A stretch of 64,000 bases of DNA from the NCBI GenBank assembly GCA_043228905.1, contig JBHGNT010000013.1:3348001-3412000 (forward strand). The letters are read 5' to 3'. This document shows, in pieces, positions 48,080-61,039 of this stretch. The translations under genes were made by a program, and so were the position numbers. This stretch comes from Azolla caroliniana (Eukaryota; Plantae; Polypodiophyta). Position 1 is the stretch's first letter, and the number at the start of each line of letters is the position of its first letter. A model generated the notes under the pieces. It did no database searches. It saw nothing but the letters and a program-made list of their open reading frames with translations, and was not told the DNA's origin.

Positions 48080-50291
48080 CATCGACCCCACTAAGCCTTT
48101 TCAAGTTGAAGCAGATGCCTCAAACTTTGCCATTGGTGCCATCTTATCCCAACCTGATGATGATGGCATCCTACATTTGGTGGCGTACTACTCCCAAAAA
48201 TTCACAACTCCATAAATCAACTATCCCATCTACGACAAGGAGCTCGCTACTATAGTGGCAACTTTCACAGAGAGGAGACCTTATTTGGTTAGGGCGCAAC
48301 ATCGGGTTCAGGTAATAACAAATCATAAAAAAAGTTGTATTTCTCAACAACCCGTACTTTGAATCGGAGGCAAGCTCGCTGGTCAACATTCTTAGCCAAT
48401 TATGACTTTGAAATTGTCTTTCGACCAGGGGCACAAAACATGAAGGCGGATTCTCTTTGATGACGTTCAGATTTCGAGTTGAGCCCAATGGATGATGCCT
48501 ATGCTCAACAATCTCAATGTTTACTCAAACCATATCAATTCCAGCTCTTCACCACTTGCATGCTCTATGATGACTCTTTGCTTGAGGAGATAGCCAAAGC
48601 ACTTCCACCCACAAATTCGCCAATGCCATTAAGGCAGGTCTTATTGATCTATCTAAACCCAAGAGCAAGGATGACCTGGATCATTTTAGATTCGAGGGGG
48701 AATTTCCTTACCGAGACCAACTCTTATATGTTCCAGAGGGCCGGTGTCGAACTCAAGTTCTCCAAAAGTGTCATGACGACCCCTTGGCTGGCCATTTTGG
48801 CATTACAAAGACACTCAAATTAATCTCACGAAGATATTTATGGACTCAACCGTGGAAGTTCGTCAAGGAATTCATCAAGCCATGTGATACTTGGGCTCGA
48901 TCCCAAGCCATTCGCCATAGGCCATACGGGCTGCTCCAACCACTTCCCATTCCCAACTAGCCTTGGGGCATCAATTTCCATGGATTTCATCACTAACTTG
49001 CCTCTTGTCCATGGATATGGCACAATGCTCGTCATGGTAGATCGGTTTACCAAGATGGATCATTTTGTCCCCTATGCAAAGACTATTTTAGCAGAAGCGA
49101 CAACCAATCTATTTTTAAAGAATGTGGTGCGGCTTCATGGGTTCCTTGACGATGTCACCTTAGATCGTGAACCCCAATTTGTCTCTCATTTTTTGCGGAG
49201 ACTCCTTCAAACATTGGGCACAACAGTGAATTTGTCTTCATCCTATCATCCTCAAATCGATGGCCAAACTGAGCGGGTGAACCAAATTTTGGAGCAATAC
49301 CTTCAGTGCTCGCTTAACTACCAGCAAGATGATTGGATTGACCTTCTACCCCTAGCATAGTTCACATATAATAATAAGCTACATGGTTCAGTTGGGGTCA
49401 CCCCATTTTTCGCCAACTTGGTCAGCACATGCTCGTATTTTAGCAGACATTCACCAAGATTTCTCTATTGAGCTCATCATTCCAAGGGACCGGTACAGAG
49501 CGCAAGCTAAACGTCATTGCTCCAGGACATTCACCTTTGCAGTTGGTGATCAAGTTTGGCTCCTACGTTGCCATGTCGAAACTACTCAACCTTGCGGAAA
49601 TTTGGACTACAAGAAATTGGGGCTTTTCTGGCTGGAACTTCCTCCACATTTCTGGATTCATAATGTATTCCATGCCTCTCTTCTTGAACTTCATAATCCA
49701 TCCACTATTCCTGGGCGATACTCTCAACCTCCACCCCAATCGAGCTTTCTGCAGTTGAGGAATATGAGGTGGACAAGATTTTGGACTCTCATTGGCATCG
49801 ACCACAACTTCAATACTTAGTCCTATGGAAAGGGTATCCCATTTCAAAGGCAACTTGGGAACCAACCCAACACTTGGAGAATGCACCAGATGTTGTTCAT
49901 GCATTTCATCACCAATATCCACAAAAACCGGGTAGGCATCTTCGGAGGCGGCCTTAGAGGGAGGATAATGTCATAGACATGACAACAATCATGTCATGAC
50001 TCGAACTCTTGACCTATATTGTATTGTGATAAAATGATATGTCTTAACCAACACATCTAACACATGGTCATGTTATGATAGTAGATTACCATAGATTATC
50101 TATTATACATGTAGGAGATTTTAGAAGCTTCTAGAAAGCTCTAGAGCTAGAACATTCCAGAAGGTTGTGCATGAAAAGGAGTCTCTACATGGAACTACAT
50201 GTAGAGCCCACAAACATGTATAAATATAGGGGTTCACCTTGGCCCTAGTCAAGGTGAACAACGCCAGTTACGAAAGCATAATACAGTTCTT

Positions 50292-50324
<33 letters not shown>

Positions 50325-50354
50325 GAATCGAGCCTCGTCTACTCATCCGTGACA
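48080..50354 (+). mobile_element. 5'-truncated chromovirus Z (RH-INT-chromodomain, PPT, 3' LTR 49969-50354)
   Basis: ISMDFIT, HPQIDGQTER, YEVDKILDS...YLVLWKGY...TWEP; LTR related to LTR-Y. Confidence 0.88.
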
Positions 50355-50432
50355 GTCTCTATCCCCTTCTTGTTCTCTTCCTTACGTCCCCGCTCTCTCT
50401 TAGTATTTAACCTCATCTAGCCGTCTGTGACA
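50355..50432 (+). repeat. 3'-terminal remnant of an X-like LTR
   Basis: CT-rich; CTCTCTTAGTA..AACCTCATC...GTGACA resembles the LTR-X end. Confidence 0.5.
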
Positions 50433-51975
50433 ACATCCTGGTATGAACTAGAGGCAACTCCGATTCTAACAAAATTAGGCCCCGATTCGGCCAACCAAGA
50501 GCTAGAAAACGAAGATTGACTCAGGCAGAGTATGACGAAAGTCCGATTACCACAAAGTTGAGCGGACCACCAGAGCCCCCGAGTGACCAAAGCACTACTT
50601 GGCCGAGTTTGAGTTTTGATAAAGGAAACGCCAAAATGCTGGAATACAAAGATCCGATCGACAACACGTCAACTCACTCCCTTGACAGTGAGCTCCAAAG
50701 CCTGGACATCCCAATCACTTGGACAAATGGAGAAAAGAAAGACTTCAATTTGGCAAACGACAAGCTCCATCGGTCCACTTGAGAGAAAAACCCAATTAGC
50801 CAATTTGGCTACGATGAGTATATGGCATATCATTATGCCTTTATGATGAAGGTGGTGAATGTCCGAGAATTGGAAACCATTTCCGAGGCGGCCAAGGATC
50901 CATGGTGGATCAAAGCGATTAACAAGGAAATGCAAGCACTTTACAAAAACGAGACATGGGATCGCATTCCCTTTTCTCCACATAAGAAAGCAATCGACTG
51001 TAGATGGATCTTCAAAGTAAAATATAATGCTGACAGTTTGATAAATTGCTTCAAAGCCAAACTCTCAGTGAAGGGATATGCCCAAACACACAGAGTTGAT
51101 TATGAGGAGACCTTTGCCCCGGTGGCAAAGATGACAATTGTTTGGATAGTCATTGCTCTCGCAACTGCAAAAGGGTGGCACCTCCACCAAATGGACGTAA
51201 AGAATGCCTTCCTACAAGGAGAATTAGAAGAGGAGGTCTTCATGATTCAACCACTCGCTTTCGAATCGAGCAAACACTCGAAAGCAGTCTGCCGACTCAA
51301 GAAGTCGTTGCATAGACTCAAGCAAGCACCACATGCTTGGCATTCAAAGATCACCCAATATCTTCACCAAATCGACTTCCGAATGTCAAATTCGGATAAC
51401 TCCCTCTACATAAAAAACAAGTCAACCAACCCGATTGTCATCATCATGTATGTGGATGATCTCGTCATCGGAGGAAAGGATCTAGCCAACATTACTAAGG
51501 TCAAGTCACTCCTATTTGGTAGATTCGAAATGAAATATATGCCCGAGCTCCATTACTTCCTCGGTATCGAAGTAATTCGAACACCAGTTGGGATATTGAT
51601 CTCTCAATGACACTACATTCTCAACTTACCCTATAATTTCAAGATGACTGAGTGCAAACCTGTGTCTACCCGTCACGATCGAAATCTCAAACTCGATGCC
51701 AATTCGGGAACAGAAGATTGTGAGCCGACTCAATACCATCAATTGATCATCAGCTTAATCTATCTACCCATTACACGACCCGACCTGAGTTATTCAGTCA
51801 GTCTTCTTAGCCAATTCATGTAGGAACCTCAAAATGTTCATCTCGATTGCGCTAAGAGAGTACTTAGGTACATCCATGGGATGATGGATTTCAACATCCT
51901 ATACAAGTCAGACACGATCATTCGACTCAAAGGGTACACAACTGCAGACTAGGCCGGTTACAAAGTTGATCGACG
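50433..51975 (+). pseudogene. Copia RT fragment
   Basis: ORF 50822-51610: DYEETFAPVAK, HQMDVKNAFLQG, MYVDD. Confidence 0.9.
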
Positions 51976-52459
51976 AGGCCAAACATGAGTGAGTTGTTGT
52001 GCGGGATTTTGTGCATAGGGAGAAAGGGAGCCTGATGTGCATGAACGGGGGTGTGCACGGATGCACACAAAACTATCTTTATGTACAAACAAGCGTAAAT
52101 AACATAGTATTAGTTTGAGTGTTGATGACTACTAGATAGGAGTGATTTAATTGGTCCTTTATGGCTACACGGAAAAATGAATAAAGGTGATTGACTAGAG
52201 GAGATCGAGGAGAGAATCAGGGACTGAAAGCGGCTGTCTTAATGGCTTCATGTAATGACTCCTCTCTCTCTCCTTGAGCTATAAAAGGAGGGAGACAAGT
52301 CTGAGGGAGGTATCCACGTTTGAGGAGGTCTAAGTGTTGCTGGTTTGTGATTCAGAGCTCTGTCGATTCCCCACGTTGTTCTATGTGACCGAGTCCGGTG
52401 CCTGGTGAGGCTTCTGCTCGTGTAGGAAGGCCATGTGCTCCCATCCAGAGGTTCATCGT

Positions 52460-55400
52460 TGAGCAGGTCATCCAAAAATGGCATGGTGATGTCCAGGATA
52501 CAGTCTCTCAGCACCTTGTTAATTGCATTCACCATGTGCACCACCAAATTGGTCCCTCCTTGCAACAGGGTACACGTCCGAACCAAGCTGAGAGGGGTTC
52601 ACATCATCGTGAAATCCCTACTCTCTATGGCTAGTTGGAATTGGGCATACCCTAAGTATAGGTCTCCGACCGAGTAGATTGACCTTCTGGTGAAGGCCTC
52701 TACGAACTCGTCTATTGTCGGGCCAATCCTCACATTCTGAATGGTCACCTTGTTGATCGGCAGCCGAGTAGATTGACCTTCCGGTGAAGGCCTCTATGAA
52801 CTCGTCTATCGTCGGGCAAACCCTCTCATTCTGAATGGTCACCTTGTTGATCGGCGGCAGGTCCTGAATGAAGCACTACGAGCCGTTCTTCTTCGGTACC
52901 ATAAACCACCGATTCGAGTATGATGCACTCGATGGTTCGAGGATACCCATATCAACCTTCTGCCTAAGTAGTTCCATCAACTTCGGGATGTGATCTCTTG
53001 ATACTGGAATTGGTTTGAGATTCCATGGTACATGCGGTACCGTGAAGATCACCATTGGTTCTATGATCATCAGGTCGACACACTAGATCTCTCCTGGCGA
53101 GAATGCAAAGGCTTTCTCATGCCTTTTGAGCATCCTCCGAAACCGGTCTTCCTTCGCCCACCGATCTTCAGCTCCCGTAGCGTCTCGTCGGTGAACCGGT
53201 GCCCTATGCCGGCCGGATCTCATAAACTTGGGTCCGTCGCTAACTCTTTCATCCGTTCCCAGCTGTCCTTTGGCAAGGGAGCCACGACTGGCCTCACCTC
53301 TTAGTCCACAGTCTTGTACTTGGTGTCTACTCGGGCGGTCCGATCTGGCCCGATCATCTCCCCAAAGTTCGCGATGACTTCCTACATCTCGATAGAATTT
53401 ACCGGAATGACCAGGTCTTCGCTAAGATCCTCTTCGACTATCTTCTCGATCTCCCAAAGAGTGTCGTTGAATGAGATCTCCTGCATGGTGCGTTGATCTC
53501 TTCGTCCGAACCTAAGGCACTACTTCTTTTTCCGGCCACCAATGCCGATTATGGCACAACCTCCATTAATAGAGGGCCAAAACCTCCTACCTAGTGTACA
53601 GGGATGGGGTTCCTTCCGGTCGTTTGGACTATCGCGGCGCCATGCCTTAATAGTCCTTTCTAAAAATCCTCTCGACTCTCACCTTTGTCCAACACGTTGG
53701 TCTCCATCCAAGCCATCGTAATGTAGGGTTCAACGAGAATTACTGGGTGAGTGGATGTTTCGTGCACGAAGAAATGTTGGTCTACTTGAACATCACCAAC
53801 CTTCACCCGGACGTTCGGGCATGCTCTGTGTAGCTTCTCCGTGGCTCGGGTCACCGTGCGTATCTTCCACCCGTGTTTGGTGTTGATCGGCCACCGGCCC
53901 TTCTTGTAGAAGTCCATCGATATTTGGTTTATCTTCGACCTGTGGTCAATCAATGCTACTACTGACTCCTGCACATCACCAATACAGACCGGCATGTCCA
54001 TCATAGCCCTTCACCAATGCGGCCTCATGTAGTGGCTTTCGGCGTATTCGTCTTCTACTACCACTTCATCGATCAACGCCATCCTCACCTTGATCAGCTT
54101 CTCCAGTTCCGACTCTGACGAGAGTCGCTTCCTCTTCACCAGATCGATGATGCCATCATGGAACTCCTTTGCTATCCCTAGCACTTCCTGCAATGTGAGT
54201 TCCATGCGACTGTCGAGGATCTGATCCTCCAAGACCTTTCGTAGGTCCGTCATCCGTTCGATTCCTGAGCTCAACCGGAAGCTCGACAACTTCGTCCTCT
54301 CTTGTGGTCCGGTCAGGCCTCCGTCATTTCTCTATGGACCGCTTTGGCTCTCGTAACAGTTCGAAGGTCCGGCCCCTCCAGATTTTCCAGCCCACTTGTC
54401 TTCAACCAGAACCTCGCTGACGGCCTCACGTCATTTGTCGAAACGGCCGCAAACTCTTTTAACCACAGCCTAGTCGGTCGTGAGTCCTTCATCCTTCTCC
54501 AAGAGGAAACCCACCTTCTCGAAATCGAGCAAGGCAACTAACTTCACAAACAACAGAACCTTGCTCGTATCGAGCACGGTATGGTCTACTGTTGAGAGTT
54601 GTGTGAATCGCTTCTCAAACACCTGAAGAACACCGATGTATTCCGGCCTTTGTCAGGGCTCTCGACCCCGTCCAAAAATTCCTTCTTCGTCAGCTGGAGC
54701 GAGTCGTGGAAGTCGTACCTTTCGAGGAGTCGCCTGTCTAATTTTGCCCAGTTACGGCAGTTTGCTTGCACCTCGAACACCTCAGCATGGATGCTTGGTG
54801 TAGCGACTTGAGGGAAACCGGCCAGCCATTTGTCCTTTGGAATGTTCCTCATCACCATTTCGGCTGGGTAGGCCTCCAGGTAGCTTGTTACGTCTTTGTC
54901 GTTGAACCGGCCAAACACACCGACTATAGGCTCAATGGCTTTGTGGAGGGCACTTGTGTCCTCACGAACGCTCACTAGGCAGTTGACGGCCACTTCCATT
55001 GCCTCCACAAGTTCACTTCCCCTCATTTTCTAGCTCCTCTGCCGCCCGCTTCACATCCCGTTCACCAAATATGTCGTGGGTTTCCGCGGGTATGTGTCAA
55101 AGTGGGCGGGACCACCAAGATCTCGGACCAAGGAGCCGGCGGGAGTACGAAGTCCGTCCGGATATCCTCATCGGGTCGGTGTCCGGTGTCACGGTGTTGC
55201 GGTATTCTGTGAGTACATGTAAGATCTTAGGCGGGACCGCAGGGGTCTTGGACTAGGGAGTAAAGGGGGAATGGAAGCTTAGCACAAGAGGAGAGGAGAA
55301 AGGATGGGACATAAACATAGAATGGATGGAGGCAAGATACACAAACGAGTTATATTAAGAAACAATAAACACTTTACAACCATGGCTGCATAGGCTGAAT

Positions 55401-55778
55401 GAAAACACTATATGGAACCCTTACCGGATAAGTAAATTAAAGAAGATGATGAAGAAGAAACCCTAAAACCGAAGAAGAACAGTAAAACCAAAATGGTATG
55501 AAGAAGAAGAAGAACAGTAAAACCCTAGACGAAACCCTAAAACCGAAATAAAAACCCTCGACCTAAGTGGTATACTTCTCTCACTCAAAATAGGCAATCC
55601 CTTCACAAGAGACCCCTCCCTTTCTTTTATAGCCCAAGGAGGGAGACGTTACAATATGGGATAAATTCTCCCCCTTATTCTATACACTATTTTCCTACTA
55701 TACATGTGCACATGTTGCACATTGTCGACTTGCCCATTCGATCCCGGTTTCACATCAAAGCCGGAAATCTTCACGACA
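52460..55778 (-). mobile_element. 3'-truncated gypsy element G (same lineage as A, C, E, H); 5' LTR 55072-55778
   Basis: LTR TGTCGTGAAG...CACGACA related to the LTR of E; degenerate Trp PBS 55050-55067; gag-PR ends GAG GAT TTT TAG; RT runs to PFLDD; flanked by CCGG. Confidence 0.9.
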
Positions 55779-55782
55779 CCGG

Positions 55783-56077
55783 TCACATATCTGGTCCATA
55801 TGGGTTCTCTGATACCGGAGAGCGAGCACGCGGGCTCAGAACTCTACTAGTGCTAGCAACAACAGTCATGCGAAGGAGATGCATACTCAACACAAAGGGC
55901 AATCACATATAATGAAATTTAAGCAAGATAGATTAAACAAGAGAGGAATATAACCGGGCTAGTCCGACAATGGAGTTTCGGACTACAACCACCATGAACG
56001 CACACAGAATTGTGAACCTCTGTTCGGGAGCTCACGGGCTTCCTACGCGAGTAGAGGCTTCACCTCCTTTCCCAAAC

Positions 56078-56125
<48 letters not shown>

Positions 56126-56384
56126 CTCAGCACTCAAACCAACATCACTTTGTCCTCCTCCCAAAACGTGGATACCTTACTCTGTCTTCTCTCCCTCCTT
56201 TTATAACTCAAGGAGAGAGAGAGATGTTACATCATGTTGTTAAGACAACCACTTTGGATTAACTAACGCCATGCTATTTACACACATTTGTACATAAAGA
56301 CATATTTTGAGTGCATCAACGCAAGCCCTTGTTCACGTGCATTCGACCCCCTTTTTCTATTCGTAACTGGAATTTCACACGACA
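55783..56384 (-). repeat. LTR remnant of the TGTCG-terminus lineage
   Basis: Begins TGTCGTGTGAAA on the minus strand; TATA-like GTTATAAAAGG; (GA)n; flanked by ACGT in copia RH. Confidence 0.6.
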
Positions 56385-57839
56385 ACGTCTGCGACATTAT
56401 CGGTTGTAGATACCTTCTCGAGGCCGATTTTCCCTGAAATGATGCAGTCCCGAACAAAGTGATATTGAACGTCGATTTACTTCAAGGTGTTTTGCTGGAC
56501 TAGATTTTTCGACAAAGCAACAACATCTTGACTATCGTTGTAGACAACTGATGCTAGTCAAAACATGCATGCTAGCCGACTTTTCGGGCAGTCTCGTTGG
56601 GCGGGGTCGCAACAGATTTTGTCGATTGCATGTTGACGCGTTCGACGACACATCAAATATAGTTGAATTGGGACAGAAACAATTGTCTTCGATTTCGATT
56701 CCAGCTAATATTCATGACAAGAAAGTGTCTAGCGGGACTGAGGTCCTTCATGGCAAACTTCAGCTGTAGTTGCTGAACGAGTTCGGCAAGCACTCCGGCT
56801 TGCCGACCGGAGATTAGCATGTCGTCCATGTAAATGATGAGGAAGATGGGTGACCCATCTCGAGCTGTTTTCGTGAAGATATAGTGATTCTCATTGCTCT
56901 TTGAGAAGCCGACCAACTAAATGAAGTCATCGAACTTCTAATACCAATGTCGTGGTGCCTGTTTCAGGCCGAGTGCCATGAAACCTTTCGACTGCTCCAT
57001 ATAAATTTCCTCCTCTAGATCACCATGGAGCAATGTCGTTTGGACATCTAACTGAATCAACTCCAAGTCCTCGGCTGCCACGACATTGAGCATGAGTCTA
57101 AGGGTTGTCATTTTCACCACTAGTGAAAAGCTTTGGTCGAAATCGACGCCAGATTCCTGTCGAAAACCCTTAGCTACTAGTCTGGCCTTGAATTTTGGGG
57201 TGCCCAAATTAGACGTCTCTTTGACTCGATAGACGTCTCTTTGACTCAATAGACCTTGGTGCAAGTTTGCGGCGATCATCTTTCAGTATGAGGGTGTATG
57301 CCTCACACCCGAAGATCCTTAGTTTGTCATAATTCGTTGTATTACTGGTCCAAAGCCATCTGGAAGGTTGAGCTCTACTGTACTGATTCCGATAATCGTG
57401 CAATGTTGCGAACTTCCGACTCGAACTGAGTCAGAATGTCGGGCTGAACATTGCCAAATTTGGGATTGATGAGGAGTCACATGAAAGGACACACCCGAAT
57501 CCAAGAACCATGTGCTTGATTCCTCAGTTGCAAGTAGAACTTCTGATCAACTGGGTTTTCAATGGATAGAATGTTCGGGTTGTTTGACAATACTTCGGCT
57601 AAAGAGCCAACGTAATTGACCTCCTCATGCCGGCCACTCTTTTGATCAGCTCGCTGAGCCTTATCGTTTTTGGCCTTGAGTGCATGGAAAATTAGCTTTG
57701 ATATGTCCGAGATTCTTACAATAATTGACGACTTGAATATCCCAAACCTTGCTTCGACTTCACTAGTTTTTCGGCTACCGTGAAGAACCTCTTCCTCGGC
57801 TATTCGATCGGTCGGTCGAACCTTGTACTATGTAAGCGT

Positions 57840-59378
57840 TGTCATGATGTTTGTAACACAGTGTGAAACCACCCTTGAAAAGAAGCAAAATAGTAGTTTA
57901 AATAAACTAGTATTGTGAAGTCAACTTTATTGGTAGCAAAAATACTTTTTCATTTTGCCAAAGATAATTCCTTATAAATAAAAGGTCAAAGGATTTGAAC
58001 CTTATAATAAATAATGATGAATATTAAGTTTGAGGTGGTTCTCAAAAGTAGAGAAAAGTAGAGAAAAAGATGGAGAGAAGAAAAAAAAAAACATGCGTGG
58101 ATATGAGGAGCACAGTAGAGAAGAAAGTTCATAATTTCCTCTTTAAATTTCCAAATTAGAAAAGAAAATATGCATAAGAAAGCTAACCCAAAGAGCTTTC
58201 GAGGAATATCTTGCATGTGAAATTTGGGGCTAGAAAACAGAAATAGTGAGGAAAAGAAAGTTGACTCATATAGACAAGCTTTTTTTTAGGGGAAAAAGGC
58301 AAGCAATCCAAACCTATAAATAAGAGGCTATTCTAGTGAAGAAGGGGGGAGGGAGAGGGAATGCCGAAGCTCTACTCAATTGGAAGGCAAAAGAAGAAGG
58401 ATCAACAACATCGAGAGGCATCATCAACTAAGAATCACCTTTTTCTATATTCCACTCTCTTCTTTCCTCCACCTCTCTTCCCCCTTCCTTTATAAATTAT
58501 CTCTCATATTCATATCCAACCCGTGTAAAATTGATTCTTATTTTATAAAAGAATCTATTATATTGTAATAAACTAATGTTTGATTTCACCTACGTGTCTT
58601 ATATGTTATCGTCATTTGTGCTTATTTGTTTGTGTGTCTTGTGACAAGGGAGCGTTTTGGGCTTGCCCATGCACCTCTCCTTTCGCAGAGGCATTCAAAC
58701 ATACGTATCTTATATGTTATTGTCATTTGTGCTTATTTGTTTGTGTGTCTTGTGACAAGGGAGCATTTCGGGCTTGCCCATGCACCTCTCCTTTCACAAA
58801 GGCATTCAAACTTACGTGTCTTATATGTTATTGTCATTTGTTCTTATCTGTTTGTGTCTTGTGACAAGGGAGCGTTCTGGGCTTGCCCATGCATCTCTCC
58901 TTTCACAAAGGCATTCAAACTTTTGTGTCTTACGTGTTAGTGTAAATCTTGCTTGTGTGTTCATGCAACTTGTGGCAAGGGAGCATTCGGGCTTGCCCAT
59001 GCACCTCTCCTTTCACAAAGGTGTTCGAAATTGTGTCTCTCGTGTGTAAACCTCGCTTGTGTGTTCGCATGTCTTGTAACAAGGGAGCGTTCGGGCTTTT
59101 GCCCATGCACCTCTCTTTTCACAAAGGCATTGGAAACTTTGTCCCTCATGTGTGTAAGTAAGCCTTTTCCTCGTGTGTCCGTGTGTAAGCCTTCCTCACG
59201 TGCATTCATTCGCCTTGTGACTAGGGGTTGATTCGGGCTTGCCCATCCTTCTCTCCTTTCCACAAACACGTTCGAATACTCGTGCCTTGTGTTGTGCGTG
59301 TGAGCCCTATTTCCTTCCCATCCATAACCTCAGCAGTTCCGCCTCACGATCTACACATAGTGACGGATTTTCACGACT
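57840..59378 (+). repeat. Solo LTR related to LTR A
   Basis: TGTCATGA...TCACGACT; 3' end aligns with the LTR A end; TSD GCGT/ACGT; removing it restores copia ANDAYIVQGS. Confidence 0.82.
58590..59270 (+). repeat. About 110-bp tandem array (six units) with a conserved hairpin core
   Basis: GGGCTTGCCC cores at 58659, 58770, 58879, 58989, 59093 (variant) and 59235. Confidence 0.9.
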
Positions 59379-59479
59379 ACGTCGTTGGCCGAATCATTCG
59401 CAAACGATTTTCTGAGTTACTTCAGACAGAATTGTGCTTGTCATTGAGGAGTACTTAACGGCAGCAATTGACACATTGT

Positions 59480-59929
59480 TGTTACCCGGACGGCAAAGGA
59501 GTTAAAGACCAAAATGTGAAAGGGATGGTTATTCGGAATATATTTTAATTAAGTAGAATAGATTATAATTATGGAGTGAATGGACGGACCGGAATCGGTA
59601 TGCCGATCCAGATCCGGACCGGTTCCGAACAGGTGCCGGTTGACACCGTTTTGTACGCAGCATCGGTGACCTATATAAAGGCTCGGTTACAATGTAAAAC
59701 TTTGACGGAGAATTAATATAAGCTTCTTGTTTTATCCTCACGTATTGATTACCGTTCTGTATTAATTGTTATATCTTACGCATGTATTAAGTAAATGCCT
59801 TATTGCTAAGTAGCCAATTAAGTCGGATTAATCGTTGGGTCTTAAGTTATCTCGCCGTAACACCCCTTTGGTGAAGTGTCTTCCGGAGACACCCTGTGTT
59901 AGGCCATTGTCCGGCCCTAAGGATTAACA
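59480..59929. repeat. Solo LTR (450 bp)
   Basis: TGTTA...TAACA; TSD ATTGT; removing it restores gag FVTTVYNVSIAA. Confidence 0.85.
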
Positions 59930-61039
59930 ATTGTACACAGTTGTAACGAAAGTTTACAATGAAGGGGGGAGACTACTCATAAGCAACATTGCTCTTAGTT
60001 CATCCTCAATAGTCATCCCCTGAGCCGCAATTTGGGAACTTAAGCTTTTGTACCTATTCAAGTGTGCCTGGACCGAGTCGGATTCTTTCATCCGAAGATT
60101 ATAAAGGCACCGAATCAAATATATCTTGGTGGCAGCTACCTTCTTGTCATAAGTGTCTGACAATGTCTTCCATACTTGAAAGGCAGTCGAACACGATTGC
60201 ACCGTGAAGTACACATACTTCAATAGGTGCATCTAAATGGTGGCTCGGACGATTTTGTCGAGTTTCTCCCATTCAAGCAGTTTGTATCCTTGATTTTTTA
60301 TGGGGTCGATTTTCCCCTTGACTATTAAATAGTCTTGCATCTGCTTCTTCTAGAAGTTGAAGTTTGATCCATCGAACTTCCTTAAACTCATCGTTAATGA
60401 GCCGTATATTGATGCCATCTGTATCGGCTTGATAGACTTTTTCCGGAGTCGACCACGAACAATGATGGAGTGTGGCCGACTAGCTCACTCGATGTCGTTC
60501 TAGCCGAAATTGGACACAAGTTAATTCGGTTTCGACTATTTGGTGAATTATGTCCGGAGTGACTACAGTGAATCGACTTAGTCGAATTGGACCCGAGTTT
60601 GCCTATTCGATTTCGAATGTAGATTTTTTAGATTTCCGAACACAGAGTATATGTCGATTATCCAGGCTGATTCTGCTTCAGGTGACTATGACAATGAGAG
60701 GAATAGATTCAATTAACCTTTCCAAATGTTGTCTAGCCGAATAAGGCAAAAAAGGGGATTGTTCCTGGAGCCCAGACTAATACGAGTGATTACGATGAGT
60801 GAATGACTAGCGTCTGACGACTTATTCGATTGTTGTCTTCCAATGTAGTACGATTGAGGTAGAGCTTGTGAAGCGAAATCTCACTCCAAGCAGCTATAAT
60901 CACAGGAGTGAAGTGCAACCAATTGACTCACTTCAATGGTGATTTAGAATAGTGGAGTGCAGATTTTTCCAATTTTTCTCTTTGCGAAAACGACCGAGAT
61001 TTCAAATCCAGCTTCCCTCTCTGATCCTTTGCAACATGT

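Noticed and set aside
51976-52460. Possible LTR or promoter fragment
   Set aside because: A TATA-like motif is present, but no termini, TSD or partner could be defined.
56078-56123. (GA)n, (CT)n and (GT)n microsatellites
   Set aside because: Ordinary components of the LTRs here.
58590-59270. CRISPR-like repeat-spacer array
   Set aside because: The linkers are homologous to each other, there are no cas genes, and the array lies inside a eukaryotic LTR.
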